From the NCBI RefSeq assembly GCF_009914755.1, contig NC_060944.1: a stretch of DNA of 64,000 nucleotides; one strand, written 5' to 3'. Below the pieces are notes generated by a model that saw nothing but the letters and a program-made list of their open reading frames with translations, searched no databases and was not told the origin of the DNA. This document shows positions 29,514-45,003 of this stretch, in pieces; the stretch's first letter is position 1, and every line of letters begins with the position of its first letter. This DNA is from the human T2T-CHM13v2.0 reference genome, Homo sapiens. The translations under genes and the position numbers were made by a program.

Positions 29514-30022
29514 TGTTGTGGAATGTATTATTTTTTCACAACCCTATCTTTTCTCTGAGGTCACTTTTAACAGAATATACTTTTATATTCTGTTAAATTC
29601 ACTTTTAACAGAATATACTATTCTACAACTTACTGACTTTGGGCTTGGCCATGTGTCTTGCTTTGGTCAATGGAGTGTGAGAAGATATAATCTATACCTT
29701 GGCTGTCCAAAGGTTTTGAATGTGCTCGTATAGTTCTGCTTGCTCTCTTGTATTTCTGCCATTTTCCTTGAGGAGAACATGTGCCAAGTAGTCTCTATTT
29801 CTTCATCCTGGGCCCTTGAATGAGAGGCATATGGAGAAGATCTAAATCCAATCTGTAGCCTGAAGCAGAGCTGGCTCAGCTAACCTACAGTTGACGGTCC
29901 AGGAAGCTGCTGCGGGAAAAGAATCTCAACAGAAACATAAATTTTCCTTTGAGTCACTGAGACTTGGGAATTGTTTGTTATATAGCTATTACTGCCATGA
30001 AAAAAAATACTTGACTAATACA
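29514..30022 (+). mobile_element. Old MLT1 LTR
   Basis: gggcttggccatgtgtcttgctttggtcaatgg core; ends ttgactaataca. Confidence 0.65.
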
Positions 30023-30617
30023 GTCAAAAAAAGAGAAAATACAAATTGAGCTTCAGAGTCTTCCCCAAATTTATTGCTTGGTCCAGGGAGACTTGTGACA
30101 TCTGGGATAGGTCCTGAAACAGTAGAAGAGCTGATCGGACCAGTGGATTCTGGGCCCTGCTGATGATCTTCTAAGAGGTGAAAGGCTCAGGCTACTAAAG
30201 AGAACTCCTCTTTGCATAATTTAACTGACATGTATGGGCCAGATTCTTCCTACTTGATGTTTCTTCAGGGCTCCCACTGATGGTAATTGAGACACAGTTG
30301 GCTAAGATTGGCTTGGGAGGAGGGGAATAGTTTGGACACCATCAGAGGCATCTTTTGATTAAGCTGTGTAGAACGTAAATTACTTCGAGGGAAGTGAGTT
30401 TAAGAAACTGGAACTAGAGCCAGTGCAGAGGATAGAAGGAAGTCGGCTGGTGAGAAACAGGAATGGGAGACTAGGACAAGAAGAACCAAAGCTACAAAGC
30501 ATGAGAAAGACAGAAGAGCAAGCAGCCAGATGCTCCATAATCGCACATTGGAAAAAATCCAGAGCCGAGTACTGAGTGGAGGTCAGTTCTGGAAAATAGG
30601 TAAGGCCAGGAGTGCAG

Positions 30618-30660
30618 CAAAAACAAAACAAACAAACAAACAAAACAACAACAACAACAA
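30618..30660. repeat. (AAAC)n/(AAC)n microsatellite
   Basis: Direct reading. Confidence 0.85.
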
Positions 30661-33404
30661 GAAGCGTTTGTCAGGGTCAAAGCCATGGCCCATTTGTTTT
30701 AAGCCACTGAGGCTGGATAAAACCTACTTTTGAGTAAGTACTGGAGCCAAGAAATTGGGTGGATGGATCGTTAGTGTCCCAGGTGTCACAGGACAATGAG
30801 ACTCTTCACTCTGGTTATCTGGCTGCTACCCCCATACCTCTGGGACTCCATTTCGGAATTTCTTATCCTGGTTCTCTGAAAAACTAAGCCTGCCTTAAGC
30901 CTCAAAGTCGCAGTGGAGTCCATGGTTCCTGGCACTGCTGTCTGCTTGTCTGGATGTCTGCACATTGGCTATTACCAGATTCCTCTCCTGTCTGCCAGGA
31001 CTCCCAGTGGCTTCCTCTTGCTGGGCCTCCCCTACACTCACCTTTGGAGGAGCTAGGCCCCTGACTTCCACCTGCCACCAAGCCTTCCCCCACCATGCTC
31101 CACCTCCCACTTTGCTGTGGCTCACCCAGGAGCATCCACAATGTTCAGCCTGGTCCTCAGTTTCTGACTGTTCCTCCCAGGTCTTGCTGTGCTCCACTGC
31201 CCAAGGTCTGGCATACATGTGGGCTGGAGAAATGCTTATAGCCTCCTTGGGTGACCTTCTTTACTTAACTTTCTGATCCCTGAAATTATCCTTTTGTAGA
31301 TATGGTCCTTTGGTTCACATTAAAATATAAATTCCCTGTGGGAGAGACCCTATTAAGCCTTGCAGGGAATTGCTAATTTACATCTTAATGTGAATGAGGT
31401 TATTGGATTTTTTTCCCCCCTTAAAGCAATCCTTGATGGAGGTAGGGGGAAAATAGAGAAACCATGATTATCAGATAATAATTAAAAAATGGCTACAGAG
31501 ACAGGGAAAGGAAACAAAAGAGGACATTTGGGTTCATGGCTTTTTGTAAGGCGTTCAGTGTGGATAATTGTTCCAGATGCTTCTTTTGACCTTGATGGGT
31601 AAAGGTTTTGTTTTGTTATGCTTTGTCTTATTTGAAATTTAACTCTTACTGCATTATTTCTATATGGAGTGATGCAAAGCAAAAGGATTAATGGTAAATA
31701 TAAATGTGCCCTTAAAATGAAAATCGGTCTGCATAGGGAAGATGCATAGGATGATAGATATAAATGAATCACAAAACTGTCTGACTATTGTGTAGGCTGT
31801 AGCTAAAGCAACCCAAGAAAGTAGATTTCTCTAAGGAGACTGATCTCTCTGCTGTGATATGACAGTGGGTATGGTCCTAAGTGTGCATTTTCAGAAACTC
31901 AGTTTTGCTGGCACATGCAAATAGATCAGCCTCAAAGGATTGACTCATAGCTCTCAAGCTCACAAGAGTATGATGAGAGACCTTTCTAGCTTGCATAATA
32001 TTATTTTATACATTGTCAGTGCACCTTCTCCTAGTATCAGGATCATTGGGAAGCCAATTCAGTAGCAAGATGGCAGTCTGCTGGAAATGAGTGTGAACCA
32101 CTTTATTTCTCATTCTCAAAACAATCCACAAGCTAGTTATTTTCATTATCTCCCTGTTACAGATGGGTAAATGAGGCTCCAAGAATTTATGTGTTTACCC
32201 CAAGTCATCAGGCTAGAAAGGCCTGAGCTGGATTTAGACCCAGGCAAGTGAGTCAGTAAAACAAAACTATGTGGTCTTGGGCTACATGGAAGAACTGAGG
32301 GAGGTAGCCATTATCACCATGTGGCTCCTGAGCGCTTGAAACATGACTAGTATGACTAAAGAACTAAAGCTCAAGTTGTATTTATTTCTAATACATTTAA
32401 TTTAAATAGTCATCTATAGTTAGTGACTTCTACACTGGACAGGATACCTCTAGATGCCTGCTTAGAGAAATCCAAAAGTGGAGAGAGATTTTTTTTTTAT
32501 AAGAAGCCTTTGTCATACAACATCCATGAATCTTAAATATTATTGTCCCCACTTTTCAGATGAGAGCACTGATATTCAGAGAGAATAATTGATTTGCCCA
32601 AGGTTTTACAGCTGGGAGAAGAATCTAGGTCAAAGACACCAAAACCCCAACTTTTTCAAAGAATCTGGACTGCTCCATAATGCATGTAACCATGTGCCTA
32701 TAGTTGGACATTTAGGTTCATTTCAATTTATTTTTCAGAATTCATCTTTCACTGAAATGAATATTTCAGTATATAAGTAATTGTCCCTGAAATGAATTAT
32801 ATATTTTGAAGAGTCTACTCTAAGTGAATTTATAGTGACAGAGTATATAAGTATTACAAATAATTTCCAGGAATATTTACACTTCCCTTAGCCAGGCTAC
32901 AGTGTTTGTTTCATCTGCTGTAAGTGTGGTCATTTAAGGAGGCCTTTGCTAATTCAGTCATTGAAAGATATTATATTGTTTTAGATTTTTATATTTATTA
33001 ATTACCATAAGTGAAGCTGGACATTTTTCTCTTATTTCTTCTGTAAATTAGCTGTTCCTGACCTTTTTTGAGACCATAACATTTTTTTCCCATTGAGGCC
33101 TCCTAGGTGGATTATAGATCTTCAAAAGCTACAAACTGTCAGAAAAGTGTATTTGGGATAAATCAGACCTCTCCTTCGGCTGTTTTCTTCTTGTATTCAG
33201 AGGAATAACTTTTTAAAAGGAGTCACTTTGGAAGGTTGAATGGCCAGCTGCCCAAATGTGCAGGAACCGTTAACAATTTTACTATTCCTAGGCTTCTAAG
33301 AACAAGGAAGTTCTTAAGAAGCTTGTGGGTATACAAAATGAAAACTGAATGATAATAATAAATTAATGATCAGTGATTCTATGACATCATGATTAAAAAT
33401 GAGC

Positions 33405-34080
33405 TCCCCTACACTTTTACGCTACTGGTGGGAATGCAATTTAGGTTTCCATAGCGGTACAACCACTATGGAAAACAGTATGGAGATTCCTTAAAGATCT
33501 AAAAGCTGAACTACCATTCCATCCAGCAATCCCACTACTGGGTATCTACTCAAAGGAAAAGAAGTCATTATATGGAAAAAACACACATACATACGTATTT
33601 ATAGCAGCACGATTTGCAATTGCAAAGATATGGAACCAACCTAAGTGCCCATCAACCAATGAGTGGATAAAGAAAATTTGGTACATACACACCATGGAAT
33701 ACTACTCAATACTACTCATAAAAAGGAACAAAATAATGTCTTTTGCAGCAACTTGGATGGAATCTGGAGGCCATTATTCTAAATGAAGTAACTCAGGAAT
33801 GGAAAACCAAATATGGTATGTTCTCACTTATCAGTGAGGGCTAAGCTAGGAGGATACAAAGGCATAAGAATGATGCAATGGACTTTGGAGACTCAGGGTG
33901 GGGGAAAGGCTGGGAGTGGGGTGAGGGATAAAAGACTACATCCTGGGTACAGTGTACACTGCTTGGGTAACAGGTGCACTAAAATCTCAGAAATTACCAA
34001 TGAAGAACTTATCCACATAACCAAAAACCACCTTTACCTCCCAAAACTATTGAAATAAATATTTTTTAAAAATTTAAATA
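33405..34080 (+). mobile_element. L1 (PB/MA-like) 3' end
   Basis: accactatggaaaacagtatggag...caatcccactactgggtatctac...aaatctcagaaattacca...ctattgaaataaa. Confidence 0.9.
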
Positions 34081-34098
34081 AACTATGTTAGTATATTT

Positions 34099-34580
34099 TG
34101 TAACCCAAGAATTATCTCCGATAGGTCTCAATCAATTTAGAAGTTTATTTTGCCAAGGTTAAGGACAATGTCTGAGAGAAAAACAAACAAACGACAACAA
34201 CAACAACAACAACAACAAATCAGGGAAACCCAGAAACTGTCTAGGGTCCGTGCCTTTTTCCAAAGATGACTTTGAGGGCTTCAATATATAAAAGGGAAAA
34301 GTGGGCTGGAAGGGAAAGAGGGAAGGTAGCATCATCCACATATTTCAAGAGAAAAGCAGCCGGTGGAGGTATCATCAGTTATGCATTTGCCTTGTGCTCA
34401 GTGAATGGGCACTTTACGTAAGATAAGGTGAACAGAGTCGCTACCTATGGAGATATTTTACCTGTAGCTAACTGCTTAAGAACAAAAGGAAAGGCAGGTT
34501 CTTGCATGACTCAGCTTTCCGTTTAATTTTTTCCTGTTGGCATAGTGAATTGAGGTCCTGAGCTTTTAATTCCTCTCACA
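34099..34580 (-). mobile_element. MER4-group ERV1 LTR
   Basis: ggtctcaatcaatttagaagtttattttgccaaggttaaggac...tcctctcaca; contains an (AAC)n tract. Confidence 0.7.
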
Positions 34581-35000
34581 ATTAAATGTGTATTTAGATC
34601 CTTAACTCCTTAGCAGATCAACCTGGGAACAGAGAAATTTAGTAGCTTAAAAGACGCTGCCACTTGAAGATGAATAAGGCAGAAGATAAAACAGCTCTAA
34701 AGAAAAGATATGATTTGACAGTAAAAAAGAAATTCAAATTTCATAAAATGTCAGGAATATATCACTAAGTGAGTTACACCTATGCATTGAAATTTGATGA
34801 TGACGATAGGTGTGGGGTTAAGAGCTAATTAGTGAATCTTAAGTAATCATTATCTGTAAAATGAAAAGCAATAAGAAACTGGAAAAGTTAGTCTTTTTCC
34901 ATTTGCTTCTCAATTGTATCAACATGAAGTATTAGTTTGGGCCCCACTGGTCATCACCTTGCTCAAACTTGTTTCTTTTTTTCAAGAATAAATGCTGTCT

Positions 35001-35309
35001 GGCCAGGTGCAGTGGCTCACACCTGTAATTCCAGCACTTTGGGAGGCCAAGGCGGGCAGATCACCTGAGGTCCGGAGTTCGAGACCAGCCTGGCCAACAT
35101 GGCGAAACCCTGCTTCTACTAAAAATACAAAAATTAGTCAGGCGTGGTGGTGGGCACCTGTAATTCCAGCTGCTCAGGAGGCTGAGGTAGGAGAATCGCT
35201 TAAACCCAGGAGGCGGAGGTTACAGTGAGCTGAGATCTTACCACTGCGCTCCAGCCTGGGCGACAGAGTGAGAGTCCGTCTCAAAAAAATAAATAAATAA
35301 ATAAATAAA
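35001..35309 (+). mobile_element. Alu (Sx-like)
   Basis: Full dimer; TSD aataaat(g/t)ctgt. Confidence 0.95.
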
Positions 35310-35376
35310 TTCTGTTTATTTAAATTTCATTTCATTTATCATGGGTTTCTCTGCATTCATTTTTATTTTTTAATTA

Positions 35377-35707
35377 CAGCAGTCCCCTTTTATCAGCAAT
35401 TTCACTTTCCTCGGTTTCAGTTACCCTTGGTCAACCACAGTTTGAAAATATTACATTATTTTGGAGAGAGAAAGAGACAGAGGGACAGGAAGAGACCACA
35501 TTCACATAACTTCTATGGCAGTATATTTTTACAGTTGTTCTATTTTATTATTGTTGTTGTTAATTTCTTAACAACAATCTGTGCCTAATTTATAAATTAA
35601 ACTTTTTCATAAGTATGTATGTCTAGAATAAAATCATAGCATATATAGGGTTCAGTACTATCTGCAGTTTCAGGTATTCATTGGAGGTCTTGTAGGGGGG
35701 ACTGCTA
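35377..35707 (+). mobile_element. MER44A-like (Tigger7 derivative)
   Basis: TA|cagcagtcccc start; right half shared with the element at 27502-28028. Confidence 0.75.
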
Positions 35708-36283
35708 TATTGCATTAAAGCATTAGTCATTTTGATTACTGAGTGTTTTGGCAGCTCTGTAAATTTTGTGTCTCGGGCAAATGCCTCACTTGCCCTAGTC
35801 CTGGCCATTCCCTGGGTGGGAAACATTTCTTGATCAGCAACCTGTCCATGGGATCTGTGAACTCTGACCTCTGAAGCTTCTTCCTATTCCATCATCCTTT
35901 TCAGCCACATTTGAAATTGACATTTGGGAAAAGACTCTCCTCAGGTTGCTTTATACCTGAAATAGTCACAGGTTTATCTGATCTTAGCAATTCTTCCCCC
36001 AAACCTAGCAGGCTTATGACCTAATTGCCTGCAATCCGTTCCATGTGACCAATGACCAAAATCAAGGTCTTGGTTATTATTCTGAAGCCCTGTTTGCTTC
36101 ACTGACTCAGATGCCATGTCTCATTTTCAACTTAATGGGGCTTACCTTATGGGTATAGGGGTTCAGTAAGAAGGCTACCCACTTACTCTTATCTTTGCCT
36201 TGAGTCATTTTATCCAACTGAACAGTTTTACTCAAAACCATACCCCTAGGCACTGAAAAGTTTTACTCAAAACCATACCTCTA

Positions 36284-36585
36284 GGCCGGGTGTGGTGGCT
36301 CACGCCTGTAATCCCAGCACTTTGGGAGGCCGAGGTGGGTGGATCACCTGAGGTCAGGAATTCAAGACCATCCTGCACAACATGGTGAAACCTTGTCTCT
36401 ACTAAAAATACAAAAATTAGCTGGGTGAGGTAGCATGCATCTGTAATCTTACCTACTCAGGAGACTGAGACATGAGAGTTGCTTCATCCCTGGAGGTGGA
36501 GGTTGCAGTGAGCCAAGATCATCGCGCCACTGCACTCCAGCCTGGGTGACAGAGTGAAACTTCATCTGAAAAAAAAACAAAAAAC
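36284..36585 (+). mobile_element. Alu (S-like)
   Basis: Full dimer; TSD-like catacc(t/c)(c/t)tag. Confidence 0.95.
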
Positions 36586-36993
36586 ATACCCTTAGTCTGT
36601 TTGCCTTGAGGTCTTTTAATCAACTGAAAGTTTATCCTGCTATTTTGTTACATCAATCTTTTATTTTTTTTAATTCCATCTCTTTCTTTAGGAACTGGAA
36701 GCAGAGGGCTTTACCAAAATTACGAGGTCCTGAATTTCTAGAATCTCCGTTTCCTCTCATTTTTACTTGCAAGTTGGCAATTGTTTCTTGAGCTCATTGC
36801 TTTCTTGTAGCACCTGCGCCAAATGCAGCCAACTGCAATCAACTCCTGAAGTTTTCATCCTCTTCTCCAAGAGCTACCAGTTTATTAGGCTCATACGACT
36901 CCTGTGTTATACAGAAAATGGCTGTGAAAGATATTCCCATCCTAATCCCTGGAACCTGTGAATATGTTATTTTACATGGCAAAAGGGAATTAA

Positions 36994-37303
36994 GGCCAGG
37001 CACGGTGGCTCACACCTGTAATCCCAGCAGTTTTGGAGGAAGGGGCGGGCAGATAGTCTGAGGTCAGGAGTTCGAGACCATCCTGGCCAACATGGCAAGA
37101 CCCCTGCCTCTACTAAAAATACAAAAGAAAATTAGCTGGGCATGGTGGTGCACACCTGTAGTCCCAGCTGCTTGGGAGGCTGAGGCAGGAGAATCACTTC
37201 AACCTGGGAGGCGGATGTTGCAGTGAGCCAAGATTGCACTACTGCACTCCAGCTTGGGCAACAGAGCGAGACTCCGACTCAAAAAAAAAAAAAAAAAAAA
37301 AAA
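36994..37303 (+). mobile_element. Alu (S-like)
   Basis: Full dimer with A23 tail; TSD gggaattaa. Confidence 0.95.
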
Positions 37304-37535
37304 GGTGGCAGGGCGGGGAGGGGGGGAATTAAGGCTGTGGACAGATTAAGGTGGCTGATCAGCTAACCTTAAAATAGGGAAATTATCTAGGTGGTCCCAA
37401 TCTAATGGCATGAGTTATTTAAGAGCAGAGGCGTAAAAGTCAGAGGGATTCCACACAGAAAGGGTAAGTCAGAGAAAACAACATAAAAAGAATACACAGG
37501 CACGCCTCAAAGATATTGTGGATTTGACTCTAGAC

Positions 37536-38030
37536 CGGCAGTCCCCAACTTTTTTGGCACCAGAGACCGGTTTTGTGGAAGACAGTTTTTCCTCAGACCC
37601 AGGCAGTGGAAGAGCTGGGATGGTTTTGGGATGATTCAAGCACATAACATTTATTTTGTACTTTATTTCTATTATTATTACACTGTAATATATAATGAAA
37701 TAATTATGCAACTCACCTTAATATAGAATCAGTGGGAGCCCTGAACTTGTTTTCCTACAACTAGACAGTCCCATCTGGGGGGTAATGGGAGACAGTGACA
37801 GATCATCAGACATTAGATTCTCATAAGGAGTGCACAACCTAGATCCCTCCCATGAGTAGCTCACAATAGGGTTCGCACTCCTGTGAGAATCTAATGCCAC
37901 GGCTGATCTGACAAGAGGTGGAGCTCAGGCAGTAATGCTCCTTTGCCTGCAGCTCACCGCCTGCTGTGCAGCCTGGTTCCTAACAGTTCCTAAGATATCA
38001 GTTGGTGGCTCCTGGGGTTGGGGACCCCTG
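37536..38030 (+). mobile_element. MER1A (hAT-Charlie) inside Tigger1
   Basis: gtccccaac...ggttggggacccctg termini; perfect 8-bp TSD ctctagac (37528-37535 and 38031-38038). Confidence 0.92.
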
Positions 38031-38466
38031 CTCTAGACCACCACAATAAAACAAATATCACAATAAATTGAGTCACGCAAATTTTTAAATTTCTCAGTGC
38101 ATATAAAATTTGTACACAACACTGTAGTCTATTAAGTTCACAAAAGAATTATGTCTGAAAAAATGTACATACTTTAATTAAAAATACTTTATTGGTAAAA
38201 ATACTAATGATTATTGGAATCTTCTGAGACCCATAATCTTTTTGCTGGTGGAGAGTCTTGCCTCAATGTGGATGGCTGCTGATTGATCAGGTTGGTAGTT
38301 GCTGAAGGAAGGCTGTGGTGGCTGTGGCAATTTTAAAACAAAATACAACAATGAAATCTGCCTCATTGATTGATTCTTCCCTCACAAATGTTTTATGTGA
38401 GGAGGCAACGCTACTTGTTAGCATTTTACCCACAGTAGAACTTCCTGTAAGAATTGGAGTCAATCC

Positions 38467-39795
<1,329 letters not shown>

Positions 39796-40579
39796 CTGCA
39801 GTCAATCCTCTCAACCCTGCCACTGCTTTATCAACTGACTTTATGGAATATTCTAAATCCTTTGTTGTCATTCCAACAATGTTCACAGCATCTTCATCTG
39901 CAGTAGATTTCATCTCAAGGAAATACTTTTTGTGCTCATCCGTAAGAAGCAACTGCTTATCTGTTCAAGTTTCATCATGAGATTGCAGCAATTCAGTCAC
40001 ATCTTTGGGAACCACTTCTAATTCCAGCTTTCTTGCTGTTTCCATCAGATCTGCAGGGACTTCTTCCAATGAAGTCTTAAACCCTCAGTCATTCATAAAG
40101 GTCGGAATGAACTTCTTCCAAACTCCTGTGAATGTTGATATTTTTACCTCTTCCCATGAATCACAGATGTTCTTAATGGCATCTAGAATGGCAAATCCTT
40201 TTCAAAAGGTTTTCAATTTACTTTACCCATATTCATCAGAGTAATCACTAATTATGGCAGCTGTAGCCTTACAAAATGTATTTCTTAAATAATAAGACAT
40301 GAAAGTTGAAATGACTCCTTGATCCCTGGGCTGCAGATTAGATGTTGCATTAACAGGCATGAAAACAATATTAATCTCTTTGTACATCCCCATCAGAGCT
40401 CTTGGGTGACCAGGTGCACTGTCAATGAGTAGCAATATTTTGAGAGGAATCTTTTTTTCTAAACAGTAGGTCTCAACAGTGGGCTCAAAATATTCAGTAC
40501 ACCATGCTGTGAACAGATGTGCTGTTGTCTAGGCTTTGTTGTTTCATTTACAGAGCACAGGGAGAGATTTAACATAATT

Positions 40580-40878
40580 CTTTTTTTTTTTTTTTGAGAT
40601 GGAGTCTCGCTCTGTTGCCCAGGCTGGAGTGCAGTGGTGTGATCTTGGCTCACTGCAAGCTCCGCCTCCCAGGTTAATGCCATTCTTATGCCTCAGCCTC
40701 CCGAGTAGCTGGGGACTACAGGCACCCGCCACCACACCCGGCTAATTTTTTGTATTTTTAGTAGAGATGGGGTTTCACCATGTTGGCCAGGATGGTCTCA
40801 ATCTCCTGACCTCATGATCTGCCTGCCTCGACCTCCCAGAGTGATGGGATTACAGGCATGAGCCACTGCACCTGGTCC
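40580..40878 (-). mobile_element. Alu (Y/Sc-like) in Tigger1
   Basis: gcaagctccgcctccc and caggatggtctc features; TSD cataattctt. Confidence 0.95.
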
Positions 40879-40898
40879 ATAATTCTTAAAAGCCCTAG

Positions 40899-41291
<393 letters not shown>

Positions 41292-43001
41292 TAGGATGAA
41301 GAGAATTAGGGCCTTGCTCTGGGTTAGGTTTTGGCTTAAGGGGAATATTTGGGCTGGTTTGATCTTCTGTCCAGACCACACAAACTTTCTCCCTATCAGC
41401 AATAAGGCTGTTTTGGTTTCTTAACATTTGTGTGTTCGCTGGAATAGCACTTTTAATTTCTTTCAAAAATTTTTCCTTTGCATTCACAACTTAGCTAACT
41501 GTTTGGTGCAAGAGGCCTCACTTTCAGCCTATCTCTGCTTTTGACATGCCTACCTCACTCAGCTTCATCATTTCTAGTTTTATATCAAATGTGACAGACA
41601 TGTGACCCTTCCCTTCACCTTGAACACTTAGAGGCCATTGTTAGATTAGTAATTGGTCCAATCTCAATATTGTTGTCTCAGGGAATAGGGAGGCCAGAGG
41701 GAAGGAAGATAGATGGGGAATGGGCAGTTGGTAAAGCAGTCAGAACACACACAACATTCATCACTTTATATTGGCGCAGTTTGTGGCACCTCAAAACAAT
41801 TACAATAGTAACATCACAGATCACTGATCACAGATCATCCTGATAATAATGAAAGAGTTTGAAATATTGTGAGAATTGCTAAAATGTAACAACGAGACAC
41901 AGAGCGAGAACACACTATTGCAAAAGTGGAGCCAACAGATGTGCTTGATGCAGGGTTGTCATAAATTTTCAATTTATTAAAAAAAAAGCAATATCTGCAA
42001 AGTGCAATAAAGTGAAACAAGTAAAACAAGGTATGCCTGTATCTGCCCTTGCTGGCTTTGGTGGTGGAGGAAGGGGATAACAAGTCAAGGAATGTGAGAT
42101 AGCCTCTAGAGGCTGGAACAGCCCTCAGTTTACAGTCAGCAAGGAAATGTAAATCTCAATGCTACAACTGCAAGGAACTGATTCTGTTAACAACCCGACT
42201 GCAAAAACCCAGATTCTCCCTTGGAGCCTGAAGAAAGAAATGCGGCCTGCTGACACCTTGATTTCAGCCTGGTGAGACTCACATAGGACTCCTGCACTAC
42301 AGATCTTTAAGATAATAAGTTTGTGTTGCTTTCAGCCTAAATTTGTAGTAACTCATTGGAGTAATAATCAAAATCTAATACATGTCCCAAGGTTCCATTG
42401 ACAACCGTTTTAAGAAATATTTTGCTCCTGTAATATATGCGTCACTGTTTTTCCAGACTCGGATACACATTAGCCAGTTGTTCACCACCTAACTGACAAG
42501 TCTCCACCAAACATTTTAGGTTTGTGTTATGACAGCCCTCTACTTCCAGTTTCAATTCCTACATGAGTCAGAATAGCTTAAACTATCCTGTCATTATAAA
42601 TTAGCTAGGAATCCCAGTGATTTCACAAAGGTTTATTACTCATAGAAAATCTGCTATGGGCCCAGCAGAACTCCAGGACACCTCCCTTCCAAGAGGTGAC
42701 TCAGAGATCCAGCCTGCTTACATCTCATGACTCAGTTTAATCTAATATGTATATTTTCAGGGGGCCACAGCAGGAAAAGAAAACCCTGCAGGATTTTTAC
42801 TTTCTCAGATGAAAAAAATCACTTGTCGCTTTTGCTCACAGTCCATTGATTCACAAATAAAACACAGCTCTGCCTAACTCCAAGAAGGATGAGAAATGTA
42901 AGGTTTTTGTTTTTGTTTTTTGTATGTGCTCAGAAAGAAAGAACTCAATATTGGTGGTAACTAGTGATATCTTTCTATACTTTGTTACCTAAAAAAAAAT
43001 C

Positions 43002-43260
43002 AGACTGGGTGTTATGACGCATGACTGTAATCCCAGTGCTTTGGGAGGCTGATGCAGGAGGATCCCTTGAGCCCAGGAGTTTAAGACCAGCTTGGGGGAT
43101 ATAATGAGACCCCATCTCTACTGACAAAAAAAAAATAGCCAGGTGTGGTAGCACATATCTGTAGTCCCCATTACTTGAGAGGCTGAGGCAGGAGGCACGC
43201 CTAAGCCCAGCAGGTCGAGCAGGCAGTAAGCTTTGATCACACGCTCCACTGCACTCAGAT
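43002..43260 (+). mobile_element. Alu (J-like), 3' truncated
   Basis: Diverged dimer lacking a tail. Confidence 0.85.
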
Positions 43261-43414
43261 TGGTCCACTTTAAATCTCCAGTTTAAATTAGTTTTAATTT
43301 AGACCTTTTAGAGATCTTCTTACCTCCTGACTTGGAAACTTGGAAATTTCAGGGAGAGAAGCAGTGTGGGCAGCATTATTAATTCTTCTCCCATGTAAGA
43401 AAGGAAATTCATTG

Positions 43415-43726
<312 letters not shown>

Positions 43727-44871
43727 TGGAAATTCGTTGTCTTTTATGGGAACATTTCTTTCCTCTCCTTCCAGGTTGTAATCCTTTGTTTTATACAAAT
43801 AGTGAGGAAATAGGAGAAATGGAAATAGAAATGACTGTCTGTTGGTGGAGGAACATGCCCCAGTCTTCCTCTGGCTGGGTATGCAGCTGATGGCCTATTT
43901 CAAGGTGATTTCCCTTAGGATGGTGATGCATTGTTTCTTGGGGTGATGTCCAGCATAGTTTTGCCTCTGCCCCACCGAGGACCTTGTGGAGAGCAGCAGC
44001 CAAGTCTCCCTTTGTCCTCAGCCCCATCTCTGGGTTGGGCATCATATAGCCTGAAGTAGCTACTGGGTTTGCTTCCTTTTCTATCCTTTGTGCTTCTTCA
44101 TGCGTGGAAATTGCTGAAGCCCTTTTGTATGCCCTCTAAGAGTCTCAGAGCACTGAGATACGGTGAAGATTGCCCACATCTTCTTACCAGCATGCAACAC
44201 CACAGTCCCTTCCTGCCTGGCTCCTCTCCCCAACCCACCACAAGTTCCTGTCATTGATAATGATCTCCACGTGAGAAGCAGGCATTATACTTTATGTCCT
44301 GAGACATAAGACAGAGTTACTTTCAGTAACTCTGCAGCTACATCTCAAGCTCTCCCAAGAACTTCCTTCCCCTGCTCCCTCATTCAAGCTCCAGTTAGCT
44401 GTAATAGCTAGCACAAAGTGGGCCAATAGGTTTTGTAGACCAGATGCTGCCCAACTACATGCCCCATGAGATGCCCATCTTCCTTTCTAAGGGGCAAAAC
44501 AAAATCTTTAGAAATAGTTTATTCAGAGCATCTCTCTTTGGTGTGGTGTGGGAGAAGAACCCCTCTCCTTTCTCTCATGAAGAGGAAGGGAAAAGCCATG
44601 GTTCTCCTTACTATTCAGCAGCTGAAGATGCCAGTGATTCTCTTTTTACCTCCCTAGTCTCTTTGGGAAAACATAATGTACATAAACAATCAATAAAATG
44701 CATTACAATAATGTAAGTGCTATATAAAGTCATTCCTTTATAGTACTACCACTAAACCACTGTAGAAGTTCAGAGAAAGAAAGAGATTAATAAGCTCTAG
44801 AAGTAGTCTGAAAGAGTCCTGAGCTAGCATTCATTGAATTTTTGTAGGTGCCAGATACTGTACTAAGCACT

Positions 44872-45003
44872 TGTGATTGTTAATTTTATGTGGCTATTTG
44901 ACTGGGCCATGGGGTGTCCAGACATTTGGCCAAACATTATTCTGGGTATGTCTGTGGGGGTATTTCTGGATGAGATTAACATTGGAATCAGTAGTAGACT
45001 GAC
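44872..45003 (+). mobile_element. MLT2 (ERVL) LTR 5' fragment
   Basis: tgtgattgttaattttatgtg...tttctggatgagattaacattggaatcagta. Confidence 0.75.
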
